Below, piece by piece: positions 27,437 through 42,106 of a DNA stretch of 64,000 nucleotides (positions are counted from its first letter, which is position 1; every line of letters starts with the position of its first letter). The stretch is from NCBI GenBank assembly GCA_051294905.1, contig CM119372.1, positions 39,434,001 to 39,498,000 on the forward strand, read 5' to 3'. The position numbers were made by a program, and so were the translations under genes. A model generated the notes under the pieces. The model worked only from the letters and a program-made list of their open reading frames with translations. It ran no database searches and was not told the origin of the DNA. The stretch comes from Botryllus schlosseri (Eukaryota).

Positions 27437-28720
27437 CAGGGGTTCTCAACCCGCAGACGCTTATTCTGCGGCCCGCGAGATCTTTCTATAGATAACTAAG
27501 GTAAACCGGTTTACCTTAGTTATCTATAATCTTTCAATATGATCACAATTACTACCGGCACAGTATTGTTACATATTAATTTAGCTACCTAAGCTCTCTT
27601 ATCGCACCGCCTCTGTTTCGTTTGATTTATTCTCATTCTTCAATGTGTTCTGGTTTCTTGATATATGGTCGAGTTTAGATTCTTATTATTTTGAACAGGT
27701 CTTCGGACAGTTCCATCTGTAGTTATAAATATCACCTGATCTTAGAAAAAAGCGTTGCTAGATAGGTCTCAGACCCAGCAATTCGTGTTTTGAGGCATTT
27801 TTGAGATTGCCGACGACGGCGCATGGTTCAAAATTGCTTGGTATATCGCTAAACCCATGAAATCTGCTAGAAAAGGTGTGTTTTCAACAAAACGTTACTA
27901 TACTGTGCGAATCTCCGCTGTTTCCAGAATTTAGCAGCAAGGACAACTTCACCTAACAAATTTCGAAGCTGCAGTTGTCTGATTCACCCGTGACAAGAAG
28001 AGTAACAGCAATGTCAGTTGATCTTTTGCCGCATGTTTTGAAACATGTTGCCGCGTAGACTACTTTAACCTAGCATTGGACAAAATCCACGGACATTGCA
28101 ACGCTAATTGTATTGGAGTATTCTATCGGAGTGGATATATTTGTAAACGTATTGCTGGCCGGGCAAACGTGGGGAGAGGGGACTAGCAAACAACATCAAC
28201 TTGACAAAGCTGACTTCTGTAACTATTGGTGCAGGGCATCAGTCATGGAAGGAAAGGAGAACGGTTGATTGGTTTGCTCAGAAATTACCCCGAACATGAG
28301 ACTTCTTCTTATATCACTGAGAGCTCAAAGTGACAATGGCCTCTGTAACGAAAAAGTTACCGTAATTTTATACTTGCTTGCTCACGCATTGAAACAGAGA
28401 GTTCAGTTCTCTGGTGCAAGGGTTTGAAGGTGCACATACCGACTTGGGAACGAATGCAATGCACGCTTCATGAAAGGATTTACTTGTTCCGTCGGAAGAT
28501 GACATAATCTCACTAGAAACAGCAACTGAAAGCTTACGAACGCTGTCCATTAATGCTGTAGAATGCATACAAATGTACTAAATGCACATATACGACTGGT
28601 AAATGGGCTAGCCTAAATATAATAGTAGTCCACAAATATATGGTAATAATGTTCTGCGGCCCGCAGCGGTTTTTGCTGTTAAGATGTGGCCCGTTATGCA
28701 AGGAAAGTTGAGAACCCCTG
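27437..28720. mobile_element. hAT non-autonomous element
   Basis: TIRs caggggttctcaac / gttgagaacccctg, TSD gtgtagat. Collinear with 31798-34414. Confidence 0.9.
27487..27528. repeat. Perfect 42-bp palindrome flanked by an atctttc duplication
   Basis: tatagataactaaggtaaacc|ggtttaccttagttatctata; absent from the sister copy at ~31865. Confidence 0.9.
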
Positions 28721-31700
28721 GTGTAGATTAAAGTTGTGAAGATACAGGATTTTCGCATTTCAACATAAGTACACACCGATCTCGTTTTTTTGTCAACATC
28801 ATCACTCGAAATCACAAACATTGCCTTGAACGTTCAAACATCAGTGAAGCATGATCTGAACAAGGCAACGATTGGCTTACCGACAGTTCTGCCGTGACAG
28901 TAGCCTCAAATCAGATCCGTAATTACTCAGACGTGTACTCGTCTGACAATACTGTCGCATAATGGTTGACAGCTATGGAATGATTGAGTCGGAATTTTAT
29001 ATAGACGATTTGCTTCTAGCAAGGAATACGAGATAACTGTAATGACCAAGGCGCGGTAGAGGAATAGATGCCGTCATTGGACATGCCGATGAATATCGAC
29101 CGATAAATATCGATAAATATTGACCGATACCGATATTCCCCCTGGGGCCGATGTTAGTCGGGCAGTGATATACTAGCGTTATCGCTATTCTAGAGTTCGT
29201 TCGTCCCTAAAAGCAACGGACGAAGTGGTCCGCGCCGTTTTTTCTGGCATATTGCAATTTTCACAGAGATGTAATCTTCCGTGCTACGTTATATAATATA
29301 ACATTTATAGACAACCATTCGACAATATTCAACTAGCATTAATGCTTTCGATATAGTGCATCATGTATAGCGACACGCTGATCAATTCAAATTCAACAAT
29401 GGGACCTGCGCACAATTATGAAGCCCGATTTTTGTTGAATACTAACGATACCAACAAACCGGAAGATCTATTTTCCTCTACATCTATGATAGAGTTACCA
29501 TTCCATTGACTACGGATAACTTGAGATTCCGTCGGATTAAAATCGCAATCAAATAATATGAGAGTATCTTTCCAGCTTTCAGAACTTGGACAATCGCATC
29601 CGATGTATATCGCAACACTGCAATATGTCAGCATACAAAACGATTCACAGTTATTTTTCGTACCATCCGTACGACTTATGTTCAGTTTGCAGTGCTACTG
29701 AATAGGGCTTCATACTAATACATGCATAATTTTTGCATGTCGAGAATACGGGTAATTAAATCATCAGTAAACGCCGGAGGCGAGTCATTTAAACCTTGAC
29801 GGTATCTGAGATGATACACGCTCGAGCGTAGCACGGAATCGTGTAGTTTTCGCTAAACTTGAATCAAGTGATTCTCCATCGATTTTCAATTCCTGATCAT
29901 CGTATTAGTCTTGACCAGTGCTTTTCAACCTCTGTGACGATTCGCACTTGTGCGAATGAAAAGAATTAAAAAATTGCAGTGCGAATGACGAAGGAGGTGC
30001 GAATGGGGCGAATGAAAATCCGGATAAAGTGCGAATGAAAATCGTGATTAATTGTTAATTTTTGTGACGTGAAATAATTCAAATAAACCTAAAAGAAATT
30101 TTAGGTCGGTGTAACTTTTGTAGTTGCGACTCAAGACTTAATACGACGCACCACTATCGTAGCTCCCACAAGCCGTAGTGAATTAATATTCTCGCACCAT
30201 AATTATTACGTAACGAAAAGCCTGGTTTGGAAGTGGCTGTAGTGGCTGGCCGACATACATTATATCAGCCCGGCTGAGCCTGCGACAGGCTGGAAAAATG
30301 ACGTCAAATTGGCTTTCTGCTTTCTTTCGATAAACAATCATCATAAGTAGTAATATAAATGTGCACGACGCGCCCATTCGCGATTTATAAAGAACAAACA
30401 AACATTATCAATATAATAAACAGTGTAAGAATTAGCTCATTCTCAGTTTTGCAGCAATACTCGAGGGGAATTCCCTTCTGGCTGTGCGGCAATTAAAAAA
30501 GGGGGAATAATTAACGATAGAGAGAAAACGAACAAAGAATCTGGATTGACCTTTGTACTCAGACTGGAGTACTTCTACTTGTACTTTTCCACTCCTGATT
30601 CTACCTCGCCTCTGGTACACGAGACTTGTGTATTATTTTTTTATATTTTCCCGCGAATAACAATGGATTGACTTTTAATGTACTGACCTGTTGTTCCGTG
30701 GTCCAATTTCGTGGCTTGGGAACAATAACCCGTAAAACTGGTTGACTTGTTGTTCCGCGGTTGATTCAATTTCGTGTACGGTGGGTCATAGGAATAATTG
30801 CCGGTCGTGACGTCAGTATAGTTTTCTCCTGATCCGTGAGATTCTGGTGCGTGTTTTAGGTGTCCATACGTTCGGCTGTGTAAAGTGATGCTTGTGGTCT
30901 GTCTCATACTGTCGTACTTGTCCACCTTTTGCTTTTTTGTTGACTTAAATAGTGAGGAGAAAGGATCTGTTATGATGATAAATATGTGTGTCATTTCGAG
31001 TCATATCGAGAGTCAGAATGGATGTCGTAGTAGAAATGCTAAACTGCTGATGTTTGTGCGTATAGAATGGTCAGGTATCCTCAGTCCTGCCTTGTGGTCT
31101 GTTGCATTTAATGCTAATCGACTTGTGAAAACATTACTCATTAACGGTCTTTAATTTAGTCACACACACTTCTTGTATACTGTGATATTTATGAAGTAAA
31201 TGTTTTTGTCATGAAATCAACGGTAGAGTTTGAATGCCAGGTTTGATGGATATGCAATATTCAGTTGTGATAAGAACGACAACATATGTAGGAAGGCACA
31301 CGTACAAAATTGTCACAAAGGAATAGTGAAATGCATTGCATTGCACATTATCTAGCTACATGCTCTATCCGTCTATCGGTAAATGCAGTGTCAGCTAGAG
31401 ACAGTGCGGTAGATGGCAAAGTCTACCGGACGTGCTCTCAATAAGTCCGTTCGGTGTTACATATTCACTATGCAGTATTAGCTATACGAGAGTCACTGTG
31501 TCATTAAAGAGGTCAGTCTAGCCGTGATATTCGTTACATTTTTGTCGCATTGATATGTTAGTGAATGAGAAACTGTGTTATTTCGAGATCTCTTGAAAGC
31601 CTTCTTTATCTATAGCAAAATCATGTTTCCAGCTACGACATTATAATTCCAACTTCGGGCATTTGGTAATCGTGCAATGTTGATCGTGTATCGTACAACT

Positions 31701-31797
31701 GTTGATCAATGATCCCACTGGGTTACTTTGGAAATATACAGACGCGAATGTTTAACAACAACAGAAAAACTCAAATCTAATATTTGACTCTGTAAAC

Positions 31798-34414
31798 CAG
31801 GGGTTCTCAACCCGCGGCCCGCGGGCCGCATGCGGCCCGCCGACGATTATTTCGCGGCCCGCGACATCTTCCATTATGAACGCAATTGCTTCTGGCACAG
31901 TATTGTTATGGACGACCGATGTGTCATATTTTTCGAAGAACAGTTGTTGTAACGAAGCGTAGAAGCTTAAAATGATAGCACGATAGTTTCTTCTGGAGTT
32001 ATACACAGGGTTGCCATACCGTCCTTATTTCTAAGATTTGTCCTTATTTTGAAGGGTCACGTCTTAGAAAACTCAACTGTCCTTATTTCTAAGAAATGTC
32101 CTTATTTTCGACTTGCGTCCTTATTTTGTCTTATTTCTAACCACTACAGAATTTCGGGCGTTTTCCTCTGGTATCTGTGCTGCATATTATTCTAAAATTA
32201 TGCTTTTGCGTCGAGATGTTATGACATCATAAATGAAAGGAACTCTCGTGTCGTACACGCCACAAGATTTGACTTCTAAGTGGTGAGATAGCTAGGGCAG
32301 TGAGTGGTGGTAGAGCAGTTTCGTCTGTACCAAGCTACCGCAGCTGACGTCATTTTAGCAGTAAACAGCAGTACCAGGTTCCTGCTCTTTGGTCTACAGC
32401 AGAATAAGCTCAAGCTGTGGGAAGGCAGCATTTATTGTGTAGTGCAAAAGGCGCAGTGCAGTCGACACATTGGTTAAACAGTAGTAAAGCTAAAAATCAT
32501 TGATAAATTTATCTAAATTATATTGCACTTGCGCATATAGTTTTAGCTACTAATAACGCTAAATCTGATTAGTTAAAATGAGCAGACGTAAAAACGTTTT
32601 TCGTGACGATTACGAGAGAGAATCCAAAGGTATCTAACGAAGCTCGAAGGCGAGTGTTTCGCACATTGCAATATCTGCAATTGTGACATTAACCTGGAGG
32701 CCATGGGAGAGACCGCTATTTCAACTCACATTGGTACCCAAAAATGCAAGAAGCGTGTCATAATAATTAATTTGAGCCAGTCGATGAATAATTTTCCCCA
32801 ACTTGATCAACACCAACGACCGCATAGACTACAAGGCAGCTGCTGCGGAGGGTATCTGCTGGGCATTCCATACTGTCAAACAGCAGCAATCATTCCTCGC
32901 CAACGATTGCACATCGCAATTACTCAAAGCAATATTCCCCGATTCCAACATCGCAAATAAGTTTTATTCGGCCTGAACTAAGACTACTGGCATTGTTACT
33001 GGTATCTTGCTCCACACGCCCAAAAATGATTTTTTTCTAAACTTGGTGTAGAGCCTTTTTTCCATCTTGGTTGACGCCTCTAATCACAACGAGATGAAGA
33101 AGTTTGGTTTATCACCCTATGGGGGGGGGGGGGAGCAAGACCAACGTTTTTTGGGGGAGGCTGACGAAGTGGTGTTTCGGCCCTGATTAATGGTAAACCT
33201 AGACCTGAGCTGATCCAAGAAGCACTTTCGAATAACAAGGAGTTGCTGGAGCAGATTATTTCTGGTGATGAAAAGTGTGGAATGTGATATGCCACGGCTC
33301 GTGTAAATACGAAGTATGTATAGAAACGCCTTTTTCATGCTAATCTAATTTTTTCGACTGTCCTTATTTTTGGGTCGATGTCGATGGCAACCCTGGTTAT
33401 ACATATCGCCTGATCTTAGGTAAAACGTTGCTAGCTAGGTGTCAAGCCCAGCAATCCATATTTCGAGGCATTGTTAAAATTGCCGACGTTACCGACGCAT
33501 TGTTCAAAATTCTTAGAATATCGCTAAACCCAAGAATCTGCGAGAGAAGGTGTGACTGCTATAAAACTTCAATGTACTGTGCGAATATTCGCTGTTTCTG
33601 CAACTTAGCAGCAAGGCCAACACAACATCACCTGACAAATTTCGAAGCTACAGTTGTCTGATACAATCGTCACCAGAAGAGTAACAGCGCAGTCTCAGTC
33701 GATGTTTTATCGCGTGTTCTGAAACACGTTGCCACGTAGACTACTTCAGCCTCTAGGGTTGGACGAATCCACCGACTTCACACACATTGCATAGCTAATT
33801 ATCCAGGTGCGTTTTATCAGATTGGACATGGACATATTTCCAGAGTAAATGCTGACGGGGCAAACGTGCGAAGGGGACCAGTGAAAAACATCAACTGGTG
33901 AAAGCTGACTTCTGTAACTATGTGTTGGGGTCCAGTAATGGAAAAATGAGATGTGTTGATTGGTTTGCTCAGAAATGACCCCGCACACCAGACTTCTTCT
34001 CGTATCACTGAGAGCTCAAAGTGATAATGGCCTCTGTAACGAATAACGTAATATTATACTTGCTCGCTCACGCATTGAAACAGAGGTTTGACTCTATGGT
34101 GGAAAGGTTTGAAGGTGCATATACCGACTTGCAACGAATGCTATGCGCACGCTCCATGAAGGGATTTACTTGCGCGGCCGAAAGATAGATATTGTCACAA
34201 AAAAAAAACAGCAACTGCAAACTTACGAACGCTGTCCATTATTGCTTTAGAATGCATTAAAATGTACTAAATTTCCGTATAAGACTGGTAAATAGGCTAC
34301 AGTAGCCTAAATTTAATAGTAGCCCACAAATACGTGGCGATTATGTTATGCGGCCCGCGGCGTCTTTTGTTGTTACAATGCGGCCCGTTATACGAGCGAA
34401 GTTGAGAACCCCTG
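31798..34414. mobile_element. hAT non-autonomous element, second copy, with nested insert
   Basis: Same TIRs as 27437-28720, TSD ctgtaaac. Confidence 0.9.
32006..33395 (+). mobile_element. Deleted hAT transposon retaining the BED finger and transposase N-terminus
   Basis: TIRs cagggttgccat / atggcaaccctg, TSD gttataca. Frameshifted 32578-33105 reads AHCNICNCDINL..HIGTQK..IFPDSNIANKF..TKTTGIV..FSILVDASNH. Confidence 0.85.
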
Positions 34415-35724
34415 CTGTAAACGGACAGTTATCAATTAGCGTGACTCGGCAGTACGAGTAAATTTTAGCTCTTGATATCGGAAGTCGAATAAGCCATATC
34501 ATACATTTTGCTCGATTAGCACAGAAAATCAAACAAAATATGTTGTTTTCCTCTTCGTCCTTGTTTTCTCCTTCCTATTAAACGATCGGCCTTAGCCGTC
34601 AACAGTGCATGGTATCACCGATTTGCGGAACGATGCCAATCTGTATACTCGAAGGTGATTATCTGATCACTAGACTTCGACTGCTGATCCTAGGTCAACT
34701 ACTTTCATCTGGGATAAGGTGACATGTTTGTTTAGTCGGAAGCTGAACTGAAATTCCCATCATGGAATTCAAGGTATATTCAAATTCTTAATATAACCAA
34801 TCTCTCATGAGTGACCAGTTACTGCCATTATCCTATCCACAAATAAATTATTTTTACATTTCAGAGACATGATTCAGAACGGTGATGCTACCATGTCTTA
34901 ATTTTGACCATTATCTTTGGGAATTGCTATACGCTATATAATTCTCTGCATTCGAAGGTTGTTTCCGAATTGTCATAATCCTAATTTCTTGATATTTCGG
35001 TTTAGGCTCTTGTAAACTTCATATTACGGAAAACGTTCGGCTTGAAAATCCCCAATGTGTCATAATCGACCGGAAAAACGCACCACGTCTGTATTTATTC
35101 AATGCCGCCCTTCGAAAGTGAAATGAACGCGTGACTGTATCTAATGCTTATCAGGTTTCAACGAGAAAGCGCGTCGCGCACCTGTCTTACAGGAAATACT
35201 TTGAATCTGCATGGGAGCAGATGTGCTTGCGTCACATGTTTTCACGAATGAACTGCCACCAATACAGCGCGTCACCTTATAGATACAAACTTACAGAAGT
35301 ATTAGGTCAAGACATGGCGACGTTTAATTGTGATTATGTTATCGGTTCTGTATGCCGGATGGTGGACGAACTTGTGAATTCGAAAGACAAAAGGAGATCA
35401 TCAGAAACTACAGCTGTGACCATCCTCAAATTTCCAGCTCAATAAAGAGCATTCAAAATTACCTGAGTGTTGGCCCGTAGGGACTAAGTTATTGGCATGA
35501 AAGATCCAAGCTTATTATTAGGCCGGCATGATACACACTCGATTGGAATTCCAGTATAAGTATTCACGCACCGCGATCAATGATAATATCGCTCGATAAA
35601 ATGCAGAGAGATTACCTTCAGCTAAACTTATAAGGCCCCACAATTGCATTAAATTGACAAAATGTAGTCATTGTGATTTCTGAAGTCATTTCCGTTAAGG
35701 TAATGTTACATATACAATCTAAGA

Positions 35725-36322
35725 CAGGGGCGGGCAACATACGGCCCACTGGCCGCATCCAGCCCGCTCGGGATTTTGTTCGGCCCACGGACAGTTTACT
35801 GTCTTACATAATAATTTAACCCGCGGCGCCAGTCGGCCGAGATTCCCCACTACTTGCTCACGTCAAATTTTAGTGACTGTATGTTATTATATACGTGTGT
35901 GCGCAGCGTGCGAGTGTAGAGCTCACGCGTAAGTTCGTCGAAGCGAGAAGTCCTGCATTATCGGCATTTACTATGTATTCAACCCTAATGAATTGATATC
36001 TTGGTAAATCTGGGATACCGGGCTTATCGAACGCCTTAAAATGTTAATTAAGGATTGCACCGTTTGTTAATTGATCAGAGAGAAGCAGACATGCCGGCGC
36101 CTGTATGACAATATTGTTCTCAGGTCCACATTGCTTTGTCATTGTTGGCGAGAAATGGCTTTCAATTGACATTGCTGTCGTTAGAATACATTCATTAAAT
36201 ACCATTTATTCCTTATATATCTGGGGAAATGGGCGAATAATGTATAGATCCAGCAATCCGGCCCGCCATGTACTCAATGTTCCTATATCCGGCCCGCCGA
36301 CTGGAGAAGTTGCCCGCCCCTG
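35725..36322. mobile_element. hAT MITE
   Basis: TIRs caggggcgggcaac / gttgcccgcccctg, TSD atctaaga. Confidence 0.9.
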
Positions 36323-37956
36323 ATCTAAGAGGTAATGTTGTTAGTTATTTCACGCATGCCATCCATGACTTGGCTATATCGGTCTATAACCCGAGGCAAC
36401 CATAAACATTGTGAAATCCATCGCCGCTGTGCAATCGTAACGCAACAACTATTTATTAAGTATTTCCAATACCCCCTCCAATTAATATATTCCGGTATAT
36501 ATATAATGACTATGGAATGGTCGATTTCGGTCTCTTCGGTGGCGCTGTCACAAAATAGTTGCACACATTTCATAATTAACATGTGAAATGTATGGAAGGT
36601 GTCGACCTTTGCACCCTATATGCATATCGGTTTGTGCGCAGCGTATTACGTAGACATGGGCGTGGTGAACAACGTGTAGGTTATATGTCGCGGATCGTCC
36701 GAACCACCAGACACTGAAACTCGGACGGCGAAAATTTGACAGTGATAAGGTCATTAATTACTCAATGAATATCAAGGATCTGTCCGTTAAGACAAAAGCT
36801 GGTTACCTACAAAATTGTTCAATTACATGATATACTGACTTCAAAAAGTATAGAGACAATAAGTGAAAATCCGATAGCTGGTCTCATCGTTAATCTATCC
36901 TTTTCTTTTATGCACCTCGGCCTCCATTGCGTATAAATCAAAGGAATATTTTAGGGATGACATTGAACTTTCAGCTGGTATCGGAATTGTACATGAATGA
37001 AGTGATCGAATGAGACACATATTAGACATACTATATTATGACGAAGTTGCAAAGCTTCAGGACAACAATTTCGAGACATTCGATTAATCCGGTCATTTAT
37101 GAGGATAACCGCATCGTCTGCAACAACATGCTTAATCCAGCTTCAGCAGAATATGAAATGTTTCCTAACAGCAATCACGGGTCCAGCCTCGTTGTTTTAT
37201 GTCACGAATTTCAAATCATTGGGAATTAAACGCTGTACCATTTGAAATAATCAATGAATAGCAATATCAATCCTTCCACTTCCATATTATTTTGCGAAAT
37301 CAACGAACACAGACAAACGTAGCGCTTATTGATTTGCGTGATTGCATATTTTGTTGACTCAGTCTGTTTCAATAAATAACAGTTGCAGCGAAACTGTTTT
37401 ATTTAGTGCATAGCTTGTCCTCATCCGGCTTAAGATTGAGTTGATTCATAACTGATGACGGCTATAAGACAAGATCATATTTTAATCATATTCCATATAA
37501 ACATATTGTAAGACAATTTTCCTTGCCTATCGACTGGATACACTTCCTTAAATTGAGTTGAATGTTACTATTTTCTTTGGTGATTATACGATTGAATCCC
37601 CATTCGCTTTTCAAGGTGTTGTTTCGTCAGGACAAAGTCTTTGTCGCTGGTCACCAAAGTATGTGTCATGACCCGAATATGGGCATCCGGATGGTTTCAA
37701 TTCAAGAGTTCCGCAGATAACAAAAAGTAGGCTTGTTCAGCAAAGATTATCATGCCCACGTGTTTGCTAAACTTGCTGCTGAAATACAATTTATTATCCC
37801 TGTTAGGCCACTTCCATGTAGGTTGACAGAAAGATGTGAGACGTATGAACACTTGCAGTGACTTAATGCGTTATATCACAACTTTCCACCACAAAGCGAG
37901 ACAGTCTCAATCACGTGATTTGCGATTACTATGGTCTTGTTGCGCACCATGTAGAC

Positions 37957-39362
37957 CAGAGGTCTCAAACACGCGGCCCGCGAGAGCATTTTGTGCGGCC
38001 CGCGACGGCATTTTGAAATTTCAAGCATTCAAAAATATATTCAAGTGCCATATATCTCTTTTAGATATAAGAGCCTAGAGTTCACGCTAAAACTACTATG
38101 AAAATCACTGAAATCTCGAAGAACGTCACTATCACATCACTTTTAAAAGCTACCATGTGGTAGAAGACCAGCTATAACATCACATTTCTAGTTCATAATG
38201 ATAAAACATGACCCGTTGATGATTCGTGACTGAAACTTGTGATCTGGTTTGGTGCGACCTTCTCGTAAAATTACTCGATTTAGGATTGACTGGGTGATTA
38301 CATAAACTTGACTCAAGTTGATTCGGGTCAAACGTTAAAATCAGAGAAGGTCTTGCGACTCGGAACGGTGACCTTATAATCCTACTACGGACGCAATGAT
38401 CTATGTAACTGTCTTGGGAGTATTAATATATTAAAAGGTCGATAACAGGTCAAGACACTATACTATTTCATAAAAATATCCTCAGATGAAAAACAACACA
38501 GGATTACGATATAATGAAGATAAAAGGGTGTCAAAACGCGGACGTGAAGCTGTCGTAGTGTAAGATTCCATTATAAGGCTCTTATAGTCATATCGTTGTC
38601 ATTCCACTTGGCTAAAAATGTAATTTTTGCAGTGACTAGGCAGTATGTTTTCCTAATATATATATATACCCACGAGAACGATAAGATATAGTCTTACTAT
38701 GATGTTTATTGTATTGCTGACGTATATAGTATCCTGATCACACGGACCGCGTATTTTCCAAGGTTTCAGTCGGTAAACATCACAGAAATTCAAAACGAAA
38801 AAAAAACATAATTCGGATAATGAGTGCGGTTTAAAAATGGCAACTCCAGCAATGTTTTTACTTTTGTGATCGTACTTAGGACACCGATTCGCGTGTGTGC
38901 TAGGTATAGATATGACCTCGATGTGTGTAAAAGTATTTTCCTTTTATATTAACTTGTATCGTGGGAAGGGACAATTTAAGTAGCAGAGTTATGATGGTGT
39001 CCGCATTGTCTGTCCTGGAGGCTGTGCGGATCAGAAAATCTTTGAACAGATCGTTCCTCACATATTTAAATTAGCATCCGCTTTTAAGCATCGGCTCAAT
39101 CGCCTTTAATTTCAAATGTTACTAAATTGGTTATCGAGGATGACCAGCTTAACCAGCTTAATCTTGCCAATGTTTCTGACGCGTGTGCGTAATCATTAAA
39201 TTATTCTTTGATTAATGTTCAGTATATACTACATAGATATCATCTCCATAACTCCCCGGTCCCTATACAATTACATAAAAACATTGCTCTTTAGCTAATA
39301 CTCCCAATTAGTATGGTGCGACCAACGATGGATTCAAATGTTGAATGTGCCCCACGAGCTGA
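37957..39362 (+). mobile_element. Degraded hAT MITE
   Basis: Left TIR cagaggtctcaaac with gcggcccgc repeats. 38880-39360 resembles 52420-52860, and 37990-38400 is the reverse complement of 44040-44450. Confidence 0.65.
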
Positions 39363-40461
39363 TGTGATAAAGATTAGAATTCATTCACCAATTTCAATAT
39401 TACAGCCTCAGTAGAGTTATTTATAGTAGAAAGTGAAAGTATCAGTGGTTAGGGAATTTGAGTAAAGGGTGTGTATGGTTTAGTATATGCCGATTGGCGA
39501 CTATAGTTGAAGTCTTCAATCCAGTTTTCAGGACATATCGATGCTATAGGCCAGGGCTCGGGGACTCGGGGACATATGTCTCGTCGTGGCTCTTTGCGGT
39601 ATCAATTGTCAAGTCACGTCACGAAGCACGAATCATTGTAGTCTGCTGTATAATGTATTAATAGAAAGATACATACGTGGATGTGTGTTCACGGCGTACA
39701 ACGCATTTGATACTGACGTTAATATTATTTGACGACTGGTGAAAGCCCCTGAGTCGGGGTACGCTAATAATGTGACGAATCTGTATAATGGCTTCTGTCT
39801 GCAATTTCTTATATATACATGAGAATGAACGGAACATAGAGGGTGAGTCACACTCCTATGCCTGTTGTTTTCCTCTCCTCTATAAGGGCGAAGTACCGGC
39901 TCTCAACGCACGCCTAGAATTGGTACCGGTAACAAATTCCTAACAGAAATATACCAGGTGGAACGCCATTTTTAGCGCCGTTACCGTAATCAATTTTTCA
40001 TAACTAAACCGACGAGTTACGTACGGTAAAACACTTCCTGTCTAATATCGATTGTCCACTGTTTAAAATTCTTCCTTTGCCTGTATCACGACTAAAAAGT
40101 GCAATAGTGAAGAACGCGTGCCTGTAATTTTCCAAAATGGTAATTAGAAATGACGCGTGACATCAACACCTCATAGATATAAGGGCCCAAATTTTACCTT
40201 TTGTAGAAATATTGTACATTCTATTCGTTTACGGTGGCTCTTTAACTCTTCCGGAATGTTTTCACACCTTCAACGAAAATTAGAGACCACATAATATTTA
40301 AAGATTATATTCGTGAACGGTAAATTAGTGGCCATGTATATCGCAACCTAGTGGATTAAGTTTCAATAGCTTCTGGTGGCGTGCTGGAGGTAGATATTGT
40401 AAATAGTTCAGGTTGTTTAGCTATTTCTGGCCGCGATGTTTCGAACGACCCATATCTATAG

Positions 40462-42106
40462 CAGTGGCGGGCAATTTATCCATTCGGCGGGCCGGATATA
40501 GAACAATGAGCTAGTTTAGGGGTTCTCAAAGGGTGGGCCACAGAAGCATTTGAGGTGGGCCAAAAAGCTATTTGGAAAATTTCAGAACCAATGTAATAAG
40601 TTAAGGTATATTTTTTATCTCAATCGCTACAAAATATATTATCTAATTATACGTAGGCTATACATAAAACTTTTCATCCGACTCTAATTAGACGTAGTGG
40701 AGTCAGCTTGTACAGGTCGAAAACGTAAAAGAGAAACGGCGGCTTTTTCCATTGGCTATGACAACCTACGGCTAACAGCAACTAAAATAATTTTGAGTAG
40801 ATAATAACTGGAAGGTGATGCTGAAGTAAACAAGTATTCTGGCAGGTTCATATGCCCTATGCCGTTGAGAAAGGTACGCAATGAACTCGCAATGAAGTGT
40901 AATTGATGTATAGATTTACTGTACTTCGGCAGGTGGTATTATTGTAAGATAAAAATAGCCATAATTGCAAATTCTGGTGGAGGTATACTTCACCACCGCA
41001 ACGAATCGTAATGGATTGAGGATTGAACGGAGTGCATTATTCTTTGGAATGTCCCGCCTGCCCACATAATGTAAGAGTCACATGAATTAATTGTATCTTT
41101 GGATCGAATATTCTGACATCGCAACTTCAGTTGTTTTGGTACAAGACATATATTGTACATTGTACAGTATGCATATTAAAAAACATTTTTTCGACTTCGC
41201 TATTTAGGAACCCATTCACCAATGAAATATTTGAAGCGGGCCCAGAATGATTATATTATTCCCCACAATAGTGGAACTAAAATCCCAGACACGCAGTGGA
41301 TGCGATCATTGTGTTTCGCGACGTGAATGGCGCAGCGGATGATCATAATATACTCAGGAGTTTTAGCCCATGATCTATCAGGCTGTAACTGCTGCACCCA
41401 GACCCCCAATTGGGGGAGCTCGAAGGGGCCTAAGACTATTTCGTTGGTCGTTTGTTGAAGCATATTTATTCAACTTGAAAAATTTCGAAGCGCGCCTCGC
41501 GCGATTTCGTGTCCCGGGATGTGTAGATATAAATATCAGCAGTAAATTAAGTGAAAAATGCGCATATTTTAGAGAAATAGGCATATTGCCGCTGTTGATT
41601 AACACGCATTGAACAGGATCATGACTCCAAGATAAGAGGTAGGCCACAGCACATTTTCAAATCAGAAAATGGGCGGCGGCCAAGGAAGGACTGAGTAACC
41701 CTGAGCTGGTTAGTAGTTTCGTGGCCACCTTTCTCCACCCGCAGGTCATATTATCATGTAAGGCCTGAGACTTCCTGCGGGCCGCTCAAAATCCCTTCGC
41801 GGGCCTCCTCATCGCTAACCTCACTGCGATAGCAGTGTCTCTAAAAAAAACAGTAGGATGGTGAGCCGCGCCAGTAAAGAAGTCGGCAGTAAAGAACGAG
41901 TCCGGATGCATGAAAGAGAGAGTGATTGAAATTGGTAGCGCGCGAGTGTGGAAGTCATCTGGAAAGAATACGAAAGCAAAGATCCTGAACATTACTAATA
42001 TCATTGTCGTGGTGCACATGACCTTCATAGGCGATAAACACCACTGTTGTATGTGTTAAATAAACCAAACCAAACTCTTCGCGGGCCGTATGTTGCCGGT
42101 GCCTGG
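40462..42106. mobile_element. Old hAT MITE with nested MITE fragments
   Basis: Degenerate ends cagtggcgggcaat / atgttgccggtgcctg. Internal MITE end motifs at ~40518 and ~41378. Confidence 0.5.

Noticed and set aside
29416..29634. Minus-strand peptide LILFDCDFNPTESQVIRSQW, faintly LRR-like
   Set aside because: Single short match with no supporting exon structure.
30432..30994. Minus-strand ORFs, possibly a LINE ORF1 remnant
   Set aside because: No diagnostic zinc knuckle, endonuclease or RT motif, so not enough to call.
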